The notes below the pieces were generated by a model that had not been told where the DNA came from, searched no databases, and saw nothing but the letters and a program-made list of their open reading frames with translations. A program made the position numbers and the translations under genes. A DNA stretch of 64,000 bases from an uncultured Stakelama sp. (GTDB taxonomy: Bacteria > Pseudomonadota > Alphaproteobacteria > Sphingomonadales > Sphingomonadaceae): assembly GCA_964639855.1 (NCBI GenBank), contig CAZXFY010000013.1, forward strand, positions 6,756 through 70,755, given 5' to 3'. This document shows positions 46,186 through 54,997 of this stretch, one piece after another. Positions within the stretch are counted from its first letter, which is position 1. Every line of letters starts with the position of its first letter.

Positions 46186-47952
46186 TCACGCCGCGATGGC
46201 GTAGGGCTTTATCTCGCCGGCGAGATAAAGGTTGCGTGCCTTGGTGCGGCTCAGCTTGCCCGAGCTGGTACGCGGCAGCGTGCGCGGGGGCACGAGTTCG
46301 ATCACGCAGTTCATGCCCGTCACCGAGCGGACGCGCTCGCGGATTTCGTCGCGCAGACGCTGGCGCTCGGCATCGTCGGAGGTACGGCACTGGACGAGCA
46401 CGGCGGGGGTTTCCTCACCGCCCGGTGTTTGAATCGCGAAGGCGGCGATGTCGCCCGCCTTGAAGCCGGGAAGCTGCTCGACCGCCCATTCGATGTCCTG
46501 CGGCCAGTGGTTGCGGCCGTTGACGATGATCATGTCCTTGGCGCGGCCGACGATATAGACGTAGCCGTCCGACATGTAGCCCATGTCGCCGGTATCGAGC
46601 CAACCGTCGGCCATGCATGCCGCGGTCGCCTCGGGATCGCGGAAATAGCCGCTCATCACCGACACGCCCTTGCACCAGACCTTGCCGATCGCGCCGTCGG
46701 GAAGCGGGGTGCCGTCCTCCTCGCGAATCTCGATGAGCATGTCGTTGACCGGCTTGCCGCAATTGACGATCGCGCGATAGCGCTGCGGCCGATCCTCGCC
46801 GGCGGGCACGCCCGAAAGCTGCGTTTCCTCGACCAGCTCGACGCGGATGCCTTCGCCCGGCGGCATGATCGAGACGGCGAGCGTCGCCTCGGCGAGGCCG
46901 TAGCTCGGCAGGAACGCGGAGGCCTGGAAGCCTGCGTCGGCGAAGGCATCGACGAAATTCTGCATCACGTCGGGCCGGATCATGTCGGCGCCGTTGCCGG
47001 CGACGCGCCAGCGGGAGAGGTCGAAACGCTCCGACGCCTTGGTCTGGCTCGACATGCGGCGCGCGCAGATATCGTAGCCGAAGGTCGGCGAGTAGGAGAG
47101 GGTGGTGCCCCGATTGCGGCTGATCAGATCGAGCCAGGCGAGCGGGCGGCGGGCGAAGTCCTCGGTCTTGAGGTAATCGGTCGAGACCTGGTTCGCGACC
47201 GGCGAGAGGAAGCAGCCGACCAGTCCCATGTCGTGATACCAGGGCAGCCACGACACGCAGCGGTCGGTGTCGACGAGTTTCATCCCCGCGGAGTGCGCGG
47301 CGAGGTTGTTGAGCAGCGCGCGGTGCGTGATGACGACGCCGTGCGGGAAGCGCGTCGAGCCACTCGAATATTGCAGATAAGCGATGTCGTCGCTCTTGGC
47401 TTGCGGAAGCGGGGCTTCGGGCGCCTCGCGTGCGGCAAGCGTGTCCCAATCGAGTCCCTCGACGCCGGTAAGCTGTGCTGCCTCGCTTGCCATTTGCGCA
47501 AGCTCGGGCGGGAAGACGAGCAGCCTGGGATCACAACTCGCGAGCTGGACGCGGAGTTGCTCGACGTACGATTCCTTGCCGCCGAACGAGGTTGGCAGCG
47601 GCAGCGGCACGGGCCAGGCGCCGGCATAGACCGTGCCGAAGAAGAGCGCGGCGAATTCGGCGCCCGTTTCGGCGACGAGCGCGACTCGGTCTTCGGGCGC
47701 GATGCCCGCGGCGATCAACCGATAGGCCGACTCAAGCGCGTCGCGGCGCAGCTCGGCGAAGGAATAGGCACGCACGAGATTGCCGCGCGGATCGTGGAAA
47801 TTAAGGCCGCGCGCGCCCTTGGCGGCATAATCGAGCGCATCGCCCAGCGTCGCGAAATCCGCGCAGCGCCGCGGCAGCGCGTCCTCGGTCGGCGTGGCGA
47901 CCGGCGCCGTCGCGGCGACGGGCTCGATCGTATCGAGTTCGTTGGCCATCAT
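46186..47952 (-). CDS. Fatty acyl-AMP ligase (FAAL)
   Basis: AYLQYSSGSTRFPHG, SWLPWYHDMGLVG, PSYGLAEATL, WLDTGD, VGRAKDMIIVNGRN, LPRTSSGK. Confidence 0.9.
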   Translation of the reverse strand: MMANELDTIEPVAATAPVATPTEDALPRRCADFATLGDALDYAAKGARGLNFHDPRGNLVRAYSFAELRRDALESAYRLIAAGIAPEDRVALVAETGAEFAALFFGTVYAGAWPVPLPLPTSFGGKESYVEQLRVQLASCDPRLLVFPPELAQMASEAAQLTGVEGLDWDTLAAREAPEAPLPQAKSDDIAYLQYSSGSTRFPHGVVITHRALLNNLAAHSAGMKLVDTDRCVSWLPWYHDMGLVGCFLSPVANQVSTDYLKTEDFARRPLAWLDLISRNRGTTLSYSPTFGYDICARRMSSQTKASERFDLSRWRVAGNGADMIRPDVMQNFVDAFADAGFQASAFLPSYGLAEATLAVSIMPPGEGIRVELVEETQLSGVPAGEDRPQRYRAIVNCGKPVNDMLIEIREEDGTPLPDGAIGKVWCKGVSVMSGYFRDPEATAACMADGWLDTGDMGYMSDGYVYIVGRAKDMIIVNGRNHWPQDIEWAVEQLPGFKAGDIAAFAIQTPGGEETPAVLVQCRTSDDAERQRLRDEIRERVRSVTGMNCVIELVPPRTLPRTSSGKLSRTKARNLYLAGEIKPYAIAA

Positions 47953-48076
47953 TCTTTCGCGCCCCTCATCGTCGCGCAGTGTTTCGCAAAACTATGGGCC
48001 GCACAAAGCGGCCAAGCTCGCTCTGCCCCGCGCTGGCGTTCAAATTCCGTTGCGAGTGTGGCACAATGATGGCGCC

Positions 48077-48613
48077 ATGGCCTGCTCGCGACGATCCACA
48101 AGACCGCTCGACGCGGCCGCGCTCGACCGGCTCGCTTTGCGCTATGTCGAGCGATTCGCAACCACGCGTGCGCGGCTCACGGCGTATCTTGCCCGCAAGA
48201 TCCGCGAACGAGGATGGGAAGGAGTGCCGGTCGATCCGGCGGCGGTCGCGGCGCGGCTCGCGGGGCTCGGCTATGTGGACGATCGGGCCTTCGCCGAGGC
48301 GCGCGCGCGATCGATGACGCGGCGGGGCCTGGGCGGACGCCGAGTCGCAGGCGCGCTGCGCGCGGCGGGTATAGAGGCGGACGATGCCGAGGCGGCGGCG
48401 CCGATCGTCGAGGCGGGCGCGGTCGAGGCGGCGCTCGCGTTCGCACGACGGCGCCGAATCGGGCCTTATGGCGACGGTGACCCGGACCGTGCCGTGCGCG
48501 AGAAGCAGCTCGCGGCGATGATTCGCGGCGGGCATGAGCTCGCGCTCGCCAAACGGATCGTGGCGATGCAGCCGGGCGACGAGACCGAGTGGCCCGAATC
48601 GATACAAAGGTAA
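48077..48613 (+). CDS. recX: RecX family protein
   Basis: LALRYVERFATTRARL..YL, GYVDDRAFAE, FARRRRIGP. Start at ATG 48077. Confidence 0.8.
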   Translation: MACSRRSTRPLDAAALDRLALRYVERFATTRARLTAYLARKIRERGWEGVPVDPAAVAARLAGLGYVDDRAFAEARARSMTRRGLGGRRVAGALRAAGIEADDAEAAAPIVEAGAVEAALAFARRRRIGPYGDGDPDRAVREKQLAAMIRGGHELALAKRIVAMQPGDETEWPESIQR

Positions 48614-48681
48614 ACGCGCGATCAACCCTTTTCGACTCGGCGTATTCTTGTGATACAGGGCGTCGGGTGGGGGAGTTCGTG

Positions 48682-49257
48682 ATGAGTGTGAGTCCGCAGG
48701 CGGCATCGTGCGCGCCGGATCATCAAGACGAGGGTGACGACCTGGAAACGGTCGGTCGCGCCTATTCGGGCACGCTCAAATGGTTCGATGTGACGCGCGG
48801 CTTCGGTTTTCTGGTCGCGGACGAGCCCGGCGTCGGCGACATCCTGATCCATTTCGCCGTCCTGCAGCCGCACGGCCGCCGCAGCCTGCCCGAAGGCGCG
48901 CGCGTCGAATGCATCGCGGTGCAGCGCCAGCGGGGCCTTCAGGCACGCGAGATAGTGTCGATCGACCTGTCCGATGCGGTCGAGCCTGCGCCCCGCCGCG
49001 GATCGGGCGGACATGCCGATCTCGACGCGCTCGTGCATCTCGCAGGACCGTTCGAGGTCGTTCGCGTAAAGTGGTTCAACCGGCTCAAAGGGTACGGGTT
49101 CCTGGTGCGCGACGACGAATCGGCGGACATCTTCGTCCATATCGAGACCTTGCGCCGCGCGGATATTGCCGACATCGAGCCGGATCAGTTGCTTCGTGCG
49201 CGCGTTGTGGAGACCGACAAGGGGCCGCTCGCGATTGTGGTCGAACAGGAAGGCTGA
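48682..49257 (+). CDS. Tandem cold-shock-domain protein
   Basis: Two CSDs: GTLKWFDVTRGFGF...DILIHF and VKWFNRLKGYGF...DIFVHIE. Confidence 0.9.
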   Translation: MSVSPQAASCAPDHQDEGDDLETVGRAYSGTLKWFDVTRGFGFLVADEPGVGDILIHFAVLQPHGRRSLPEGARVECIAVQRQRGLQAREIVSIDLSDAVEPAPRRGSGGHADLDALVHLAGPFEVVRVKWFNRLKGYGFLVRDDESADIFVHIETLRRADIADIEPDQLLRARVVETDKGPLAIVVEQEG

Positions 49258-49263
49258 ACCATC

Positions 49264-49758
49264 ATGAACGCTCGTATCATCGTCGCCATGAGTGCCGCGG
49301 CGCTGGCGATCCCGGCCGCGTGCACCGGCGGCAACGCCGCGCAGAGCGCTTCGAACGAGGCAGCGGAGGCGCAGACGATTCCCGTGACGATCACCAGCGC
49401 ATCGGGCACGCACCGCTTCGATGTCGAGATCGCCAAGACTGCGGCCGAGCAGGAACGCGGCCTGATGTTCCGCACCGACATCCCCGAAAACGGGGGCATG
49501 CTCTTCTGGCCCTATCCGGCGGGGGGCGGGGTGCCGCGTATGGCGAGCTTCTGGATGAAGAACACGCCGAGCGCGCTCGACATCATCTTCATCCGCCCCG
49601 ATCACACGATCGCGCGGATCGCCGAGAACACCACGCCTTATTCGACGACGCCGGTCGTTTCGGGCGAGCCTGTGAGTGCGGTGCTTGAGCTCCGGGGCGG
49701 CAAGGCCGCCGAGCTGGGGATCGCCGAGAACGACGCGGTAAGCTGGCCCGGCGCCTGA
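49264..49758 (+). CDS. DUF192 family lipoprotein
   Basis: FDVEIAKT..EQERGLMFR, GMLF, FWMKNT..LDIIFI, VLELRGG. Confidence 0.9.
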   Translation: MNARIIVAMSAAALAIPAACTGGNAAQSASNEAAEAQTIPVTITSASGTHRFDVEIAKTAAEQERGLMFRTDIPENGGMLFWPYPAGGGVPRMASFWMKNTPSALDIIFIRPDHTIARIAENTTPYSTTPVVSGEPVSAVLELRGGKAAELGIAENDAVSWPGA

Positions 49759-49834
49759 CATACCGGGTCCCGCCCACGCGGATGCGCCGACACGAGTGTT
49801 GCCCGGCTCTCCGGCAAGAGCTAAGCGCGAGGCC

Positions 49835-50224
49835 ATGGGCATCCTGAAATCGATCTTCACCTGGTGGGAAGGCGCGACCTTCGGCACGTGGATGGGCCTC
49901 GGCGGCAAATCAAGGGTCGGCGAGGACGCGCTCGGTAATATCTATTACCAGGGCGGACGCGATACGGCGGGGCGGCCGCGCCGCTGGGTGATCTATGAGG
50001 GGTCGAACGATGCCAGCCGCGTCCCGCCCGAATGGTTTTCCTGGCTGCACCACCAGATCGACGATGTGCCCGATCGCGCGCTGCCACCGGTGCGGCGCTG
50101 GGAGAAGCCTGCCGTGCCCAACATGACCGGCACCGCGCTCGCCTATCGCCCGCCGGGTGCGCTCGAAAAAGGTGGGCACCGCGCGGCCGCGACCGGCGAC
50201 TACGAAGCCTGGACTCCCGAATAA
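49835..50224 (+). CDS. NADH:ubiquinone oxidoreductase NDUFA12-family subunit
   Basis: FTWWEGAT.GT, VGED..GN.YY, RRWVIYEG, SRVPPEW.SWLH, NMTGT..AYRP. Confidence 0.92.
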   Translation: MGILKSIFTWWEGATFGTWMGLGGKSRVGEDALGNIYYQGGRDTAGRPRRWVIYEGSNDASRVPPEWFSWLHHQIDDVPDRALPPVRRWEKPAVPNMTGTALAYRPPGALEKGGHRAAATGDYEAWTPE

Positions 50225-50943
50225 TGACGAGCATGCGGCTCCTCGGCGGGGCGGCGATCGCGATCGCGATCGCGCTCGGCGTGGGTGCGTGGCAGGGTAT
50301 CGAGGCAATGCGCTCGCCCGCGGTGCCGACGCCGGGCTCGACCGCCATCCCGGCGGTCGAAGAAGGGACTGAGCCGGCCTCCGACATCGTCACGATCGAC
50401 GTGCCGCAGGCGAGTGTCAGCGAGGCGGGCGCGACCCCGATGGCCGAGCGCGTCGCCGTGCTCGGTCTGCTCAACAAGCGCAACGGAGAGAGCCGCGACG
50501 TCACGCTCAGGCCTGGTCAGGCGGTGCGCGTGGGCGACGCGATCGTGCGGCTACGCGCGTGCGAGAAGACGGCGCCATGGGAGCCGCAGGAGTTGACCGG
50601 CGCGTTCGTTCAGCTCGACGTGCGGCAGACCGACCAGAGCTGGCGGCGCGTCTTTTCGGGCTGGCTCTACAAGGAACGTCCGGCGCTCAACGTCGTCCAG
50701 CACCCGATCTATGACGTATGGACCAAGAGCTGCAAGATGTCGCGACCGGATAGCGGGCCGGAGACGGTTTCCCTTTCATCGGTGCGTTCGGGCGGGGCGA
50801 GCGATTCGAGCGCGAAGAAATCGGGCGGCGACGAGGCTGTCGAGAACTCGGCGCCCGAACCGACGCCGACGGCGGAAGCGACCGCTCCCGCACGGCCCGC
50901 GCCCGCTAATTCGCCGAGCGCTGAGGCTAATAGGGTGAGGTAA
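50224..50943 (+). CDS. DUF2155 domain protein
   Basis: LLNKRNG, VRLRACE, GAFVQL, VFSGWL, HPIYDVW..SC. Confidence 0.85.
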   Translation: MTSMRLLGGAAIAIAIALGVGAWQGIEAMRSPAVPTPGSTAIPAVEEGTEPASDIVTIDVPQASVSEAGATPMAERVAVLGLLNKRNGESRDVTLRPGQAVRVGDAIVRLRACEKTAPWEPQELTGAFVQLDVRQTDQSWRRVFSGWLYKERPALNVVQHPIYDVWTKSCKMSRPDSGPETVSLSSVRSGGASDSSAKKSGGDEAVENSAPEPTPTAEATAPARPAPANSPSAEANRVR

Positions 50944-51485
50944 TCGGCACGCGACACTTCAATGGTGCCTAATGAGGCGAGGTGGTCGGTCTGGAACTGG
51001 CAATCGAGCAAGGTGAAGCCGCCCGCCTTGAGCCGTGCGACGAGCCAGGCGAGCGCGACCTTCGAGGCGTCGGTCGCGCGGCTCACCATGCTCTCGCCGA
51101 AGAATGCGCGGCCGAGCGCGAGGCCGTAGAGGCCGCCCGCGAGCCGATCGCCCGCCCAGCATTCGATCGAATGCGCGAAGCCCATGCCGTTGAGCGCGGT
51201 GAAGACGCGCTCGATCGGGCGGTTGATCCAGGTGTCGGGCCGATCCTCGACCGATTCGGCACAGAGCGCGACGACATCGGCAAAGGCGGTGTCGGCGGTG
51301 ACGCGGAACCTGTCCGACGCGATCGTCTTGCGGAGCGAGCGAGAGACGCACAGGCCGTCGAGCGGCAGGATCGCGCGCCGGCGCGGTTCGACCCAGAACA
51401 CGCCGGGTGCGTCTCGCCCGTCGGCCATCGGGAACACGCCGGTCGCATAGGCGCCGAGCACCAGGTGCGGATCGAGCATCTCCAT
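50709..51485 (-). CDS. aat: Leucyl/phenylalanyl-tRNA--protein transferase
   Basis: AYATGVFPMA, TWIN, AHSIECW, GGLYGL, FFGESM, ASKVAL, LLDCQFQTDHLASLG. Confidence 0.95.
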   Translation of the reverse strand: MEMLDPHLVLGAYATGVFPMADGRDAPGVFWVEPRRRAILPLDGLCVSRSLRKTIASDRFRVTADTAFADVVALCAESVEDRPDTWINRPIERVFTALNGMGFAHSIECWAGDRLAGGLYGLALGRAFFGESMVSRATDASKVALAWLVARLKAGGFTLLDCQFQTDHLASLGTIEVSRADYLTLLASALGELAGAGRAGAVASAVGVGSGAEFSTASSPPDFFALESLAPPERTDERETVSGPLSGRDILQLLVHTS

Positions 51486-51531
51486 CGCCGGCGATTGTGC
51501 CACGTTGGACGAAGCGACGATAGGCCGATGC

Positions 51532-51563
51532 AAAAAGGGGCCGGCGCGATGCCGACCCCCTTT
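51532..51563 (-). terminator. Terminator of the upstream lipoprotein gene
   Basis: aaaaa-ggggccggc...gccgacccc-cttt. Confidence 0.55.
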
Positions 51564-51585
51564 GGTAACTGGTATGCGACGTTGA

Positions 51586-51963
51586 TCAGTGCTTGCAGGT
51601 TTGCGTGCCCTCGGGCGTCGTCAGCGTGATCTTCTTCTGATCGCCTTCGAGCTTGTAGCCGCCCTCGGCGGTCAGCGGATCGCCCGCATTCTCGGCGGTG
51701 AGGCGAATGATGTCGCCGCCCTTTTCGGTGCGCAGGTTGGCCATCTTGTCGCCCGCGAAGAAATCGACATAGGCGAGGCTGTTGTCTTCGCAGCGATAGC
51801 TGACCGATGCGGTCATCGCCGGGGGCAACTCGACGGGCGCGGCGTTGGCGAGCGCGGCCGCCATCGGATCGGGGGCGGTGGTGCTGACGGTTTCGGTCTT
51901 TTGTTCGCAGCCGGCGAGTGCCAGCATCGCGATGACGGCGGTAGCAAGGGGAAGGGTCTTCAT
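51586..51963 (-). CDS. Hypothetical lipoprotein
   Basis: MKTLPLATAVIAMLALAGC lipobox; SVSYRCEDNSLAYVDF; C-terminal Cys. Confidence 0.8.
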   Translation of the reverse strand: MKTLPLATAVIAMLALAGCEQKTETVSTTAPDPMAAALANAAPVELPPAMTASVSYRCEDNSLAYVDFFAGDKMANLRTEKGGDIIRLTAENAGDPLTAEGGYKLEGDQKKITLTTPEGTQTCKH

Positions 51964-52068
51964 AGCGGCGCGGTGCTTCGCGCACGCGAACCCGTTCGTC
52001 AAGGGGCGTATAATGAATATTATCCGCATATCGGCAGGCCCGCCGCGACCACTCGATACGCGGCCCGC

Positions 52069-52338
52069 TCAGCCGTCGCGCGATCGTCGGAGCGCGCGAC
52101 GCACGACGACATAGCCGAGGGCGAGCGCGACGAGCGCCAGCACGATCACGCCGGCGAGCGACAACCCCGCGCGAAGCAGCGCCAGCAGCAATGTTTCGAT
52201 GAAGCGCGCGACCGCGACCGAAAGATGGATCAACCCGGTATTCCTCTCTTGCGGCCGTTTCGCCGCGCCGTGCGGCCGTTTCGGAACGGAGCGAGCGAAA
52301 GCTTGCGTGCCATCAACAATATCCTCGGTTGTCGGCAC
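52069..52338 (-). CDS. Possible small membrane protein; start uncertain, probably shorter
   Basis: Hydrophobic C-terminal half FIETLLLALLRAGLSLAGVIVLALVALALGYVVVRR. Confidence 0.35.
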   Translation of the reverse strand: MPTTEDIVDGTQAFARSVPKRPHGAAKRPQERNTGLIHLSVAVARFIETLLLALLRAGLSLAGVIVLALVALALGYVVVRRALRRSRDG

Positions 52339-52364
52339 TGGTCGTCGAGGCTTATCTGAAGGCC

Positions 52365-53348
52365 ATGCACATCACCAAGGATACGCTCGCGCTGATCGGC
52401 AATACCCCGCTCGTGCGGCTCGAAGGGCCGAGCGCGGCGAGCGGCTGCGACATATACGCCAAGTGCGAGTTCATGAACCCCGGCGCCTCGGTCAAGGATC
52501 GCGCCGCATTGTTCATCGTCGAGGACGCCGAGGCGAAGGGCCAGCTCACGCCCGGCGGCACGATCGTCGAGGGCACCGCGGGCAATACGGGAATCGGGCT
52601 CGCGCTCGTCGGCAATGCCAAGGGCTACAAGACGATCATCGTCATGCCCGAGACGCAGAGCCGCGAGAAGATGGATACGCTGACCGCATTGGGCGCCGAG
52701 CTGGTGCTCGTACCCGCGGCGCCCTATTCGTCTCCCTGCCACTTCGTCCACACCTCGCGCCGCATCGCCGAGGAGACGGAGAACGCGATCTGGGCCAACC
52801 AGTTCGACAACATCGCCAATCGCCGCGCGCACATCCACGGAACCGCGGAGGAGATCTGGGCGCAGATGGAAGGGCGGGTGGACGGGTTCGCCTGTGCGGT
52901 CGGCACCGGCGGGACGCTCGCGGGCATCGCGCTCGGCCTCAAGGCGAAGGACGAGGCCGTGACGATCGCGCTCAGCGACCCCCACGGCGCCGCACTCTAC
53001 GAATATTATGCCCATGGCGAATTGAAGGCCGAAGGCTCGTCGGTTGCCGAAGGGATCGGGCAGGGCCGGATCACCGCCAACCTAGAGGGCGCGCCGATCG
53101 ATACGCAATTCCGCATCTCCGACGAGGAAGGACTCGAATGGGTGCGGCGGCTGCTCGACAAGGAGGGGCTGTGCCTGGGACTTTCCTCGGGAATCAACGT
53201 CGCGGGCGCGGTGCGGCTCGCGAAGGAATTGGGGCCGGGCAAGCGGATCGCGACGATCCTCGCCGATACGGGGTTCCGCTATCTCTCCACGCTCTACAAT
53301 CCCGAATGGCTCGCGGCGAAGGGGCTGCCGCCCCGCGCGTCGGGGTGA
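52365..53348 (+). CDS. cysK: Cysteine synthase A
   Basis: IGNTPLVRL, PLP lysine NPGASVKDRAA, EGTAGNTGIGLA, VGTGGT, EGIG, GLSSG. Start at ATG 52365. Confidence 0.93.
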   Translation: MHITKDTLALIGNTPLVRLEGPSAASGCDIYAKCEFMNPGASVKDRAALFIVEDAEAKGQLTPGGTIVEGTAGNTGIGLALVGNAKGYKTIIVMPETQSREKMDTLTALGAELVLVPAAPYSSPCHFVHTSRRIAEETENAIWANQFDNIANRRAHIHGTAEEIWAQMEGRVDGFACAVGTGGTLAGIALGLKAKDEAVTIALSDPHGAALYEYYAHGELKAEGSSVAEGIGQGRITANLEGAPIDTQFRISDEEGLEWVRRLLDKEGLCLGLSSGINVAGAVRLAKELGPGKRIATILADTGFRYLSTLYNPEWLAAKGLPPRASG

Positions 53349-53398
53349 AGCCGCGCGCATCGACAAGGCGGCGAGGCGCCGCTACATCTCGCGGCGGC

Positions 53399-53725
53399 AT
53401 GAAGACGACCGAGGATTCAAGCCAGACGGTGCAGCGCGTGAAGGTCGCGATGACCGGGCTGGCGCTGGTGCTGCTGCTCATCGGGCTGGCGAGCGTGATC
53501 TTCAGTTCCGCGAGCGAGGATAAGGCGGTCGACGTCGCGGGGGCCGCGCAGCCCGATGTCGTCGCCAACCTGTCGCTCACCAACGGACCCGAGCCGGACG
53601 AGGCGGTCTCGACCGAGCCGCTCGCCGAACTCGGCGTCGCGCCGAGCACGACGACGCCGGTCACGCCGCCGCCGACCAACACGGTCGAGCCTGCCGCCCC
53701 TTCGGCACGGCAGCCGCGGCGCTAG
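53399..53725 (+). CDS. Hypothetical single-TM protein with Pro/Thr-rich tail
   Basis: QRVKVAMTGLALVLLLIGLAS, EPLAELGVAP. Confidence 0.75.
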   Translation: MKTTEDSSQTVQRVKVAMTGLALVLLLIGLASVIFSSASEDKAVDVAGAAQPDVVANLSLTNGPEPDEAVSTEPLAELGVAPSTTTPVTPPPTNTVEPAAPSARQPRR

Positions 53726-53753
53726 GGCAACGTGCGTTTAATCTGACCCGACA

Positions 53754-53873
53754 CCGTTCGCCCCCGGCCTTCGCCGGGGCAGGCTCTGAGCTTGTCGAAG
53801 GGCCGTTTTTCTTTTCCACGGCGGGAAAAGGACGGTGCTTCGACAACCCCGGATCAAGTCCGGGGACGAACGG
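53754..53873. repeat. Hybrid palindromic element (RPELVEG-type frame with CCCCGG-type hairpins)
   Basis: ccgttcg-[ccccggccttcgccgggg]-...ctgagcttgtcgaaggg ... cttcgacaa-[ccccggatcaagtccgggg]-acgaacgg. Confidence 0.8.
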
Positions 53874-53972
53874 TCCTGATTTAAGGCACGTTGCTCTGGA
53901 GGCAGGTCATCGGGTCGTCCCTGATTGGCCGTAGCGATCCGCATGACGGCCTCCGCCTTAGCTGCAACGCAT

Positions 53973-54074
53973 CGTCATCCCGGTCTCACGTCGGAGTCCC
54001 GTTGTTCTTTGTGCCGAGCGGACGCTTGTTCGAGGATGGTAGAAGCGCGACCCCGGCTCGAGGCCGGGGTGACG
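53973..54074. repeat. Long CGTC-type REP dimer
   Basis: cgtcatcccggtctc ... gaccccggctcgaggccggggtgacg. Confidence 0.8.
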
Positions 54075-54379
54075 AAAGGGGAATGCGGGCGCGAATGGCG
54101 GCTTGCACCACCGTTCAGTTCGTGCGTTTGCGCCGGACCGCCGCTGCCATCGGGGATAGTGTTTCATGTTCGCCTGACGTCATATTCTGCTCCAAGAATA
54201 ATGCGGTCGATCATGGCTTGATCATAGCTGGCGGAATATCCGCTTTCCACTGATCCCCGACTTGAATTCAGCCTCAGCGTTCACGGCCGGCATTCGCACG
54301 GGCCGCGTCTTTTGATGTCTTCAAGTGATTGAAGGCTTGTCGTTCGACCGAGGAACATTCCATGAATCGCCGCTTTCAA

Positions 54380-54434
54380 CCACAATATGCCCGTGAAATC
54401 CCCGATAATCCCCTTGGCACCCCAGCTATCCCCT
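54380..54434. promoter_or_regulatory. Six short C-runs at exact 10-bp spacing upstream of mraZ (probable MraZ operator)
   Basis: CCAC/CCCG/CCCC/CCCC/CCCC/CCCC starting at 54380, 54390, 54400, 54410, 54420 and 54430. Confidence 0.7.
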
Positions 54435-54469
54435 GATATTGATTTTCCAACAGAGGAGCAGGGAGGTTT

Positions 54470-54997
54470 GTGCTCCGCGTCGAGGTGGGCGTGTTGGATC
54501 GGGGTAATTATCAGGGCTACGGGCTGGCGCAGGTGGACGACAAAGGTCGCGTCGCCATCCCGGCTGCCCTGCGCGCCACGATCGAGGCCAACACCCCGCC
54601 GGGCGACAACGGCAAGGATGTGCGCCGCGTCATCATCTCGACGCATCCCAAGGAAACCTGCCTGATCGGCTATGATCTCGCCTACGTAACCGAGCTCAAG
54701 GAACGGCTGACCGCGCGCGAGCTGGCGCACACCGATGCGCAGGGCGAGGTCGATTACAACATCAAGCGGCGCGGTTCGGGCGCGGCCGAGGCGGTGCCGT
54801 TCGACGGCAGCGGGCGCTTCATCCTGCCGCCGTTCCCGCGCTTCGAGGCGGGAATCGAGAATTTCGCCTTCTTCTGGGGCGTGATGGATTTCTTCGAGAT
54901 CTGGAACCCCAAGACGCTGATCGAATGCCCGACCGCGACCGACGTGCAGAAGCGCGCCGCACGCTTCTTCATGGCCGAAAAGGGCATCCAGCTATGA
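54470..54997 (+). CDS. mraZ: Division/cell-wall cluster regulator MraZ (divergent)
   Basis: [14 protein letters not shown] and [10 protein letters not shown] (two DxxGR repeats), [14 protein letters not shown]; precedes rsmH. The start may be 54491. Confidence 0.88.
   Translation: MLRVEVGVLDRGNYQGYGLAQVDDKGRVAIPAALRATIEANTPPGDNGKDVRRVIISTHPKETCLIGYDLAYVTELKERLTARELAHTDAQGEVDYNIKRRGSGAAEAVPFDGSGRFILPPFPRFEAGIENFAFFWGVMDFFEIWNPKTLIECPTATDVQKRAARFFMAEKGIQL

Noticed and set aside
53661-54253. Short ORFs 53661-53846, 53738-53944, 53891-54253, 53925-54221 and 53958-54167
   Set aside because: They are largely open frames through REP elements, with no SD or codon-bias support.
53880-54370. RNase P RNA (rnpB) upstream of mraZ
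   Set aside because: The conserved GAGGAAAGTCC and AAACAGAA...GGCTTA motifs are absent on both strands.
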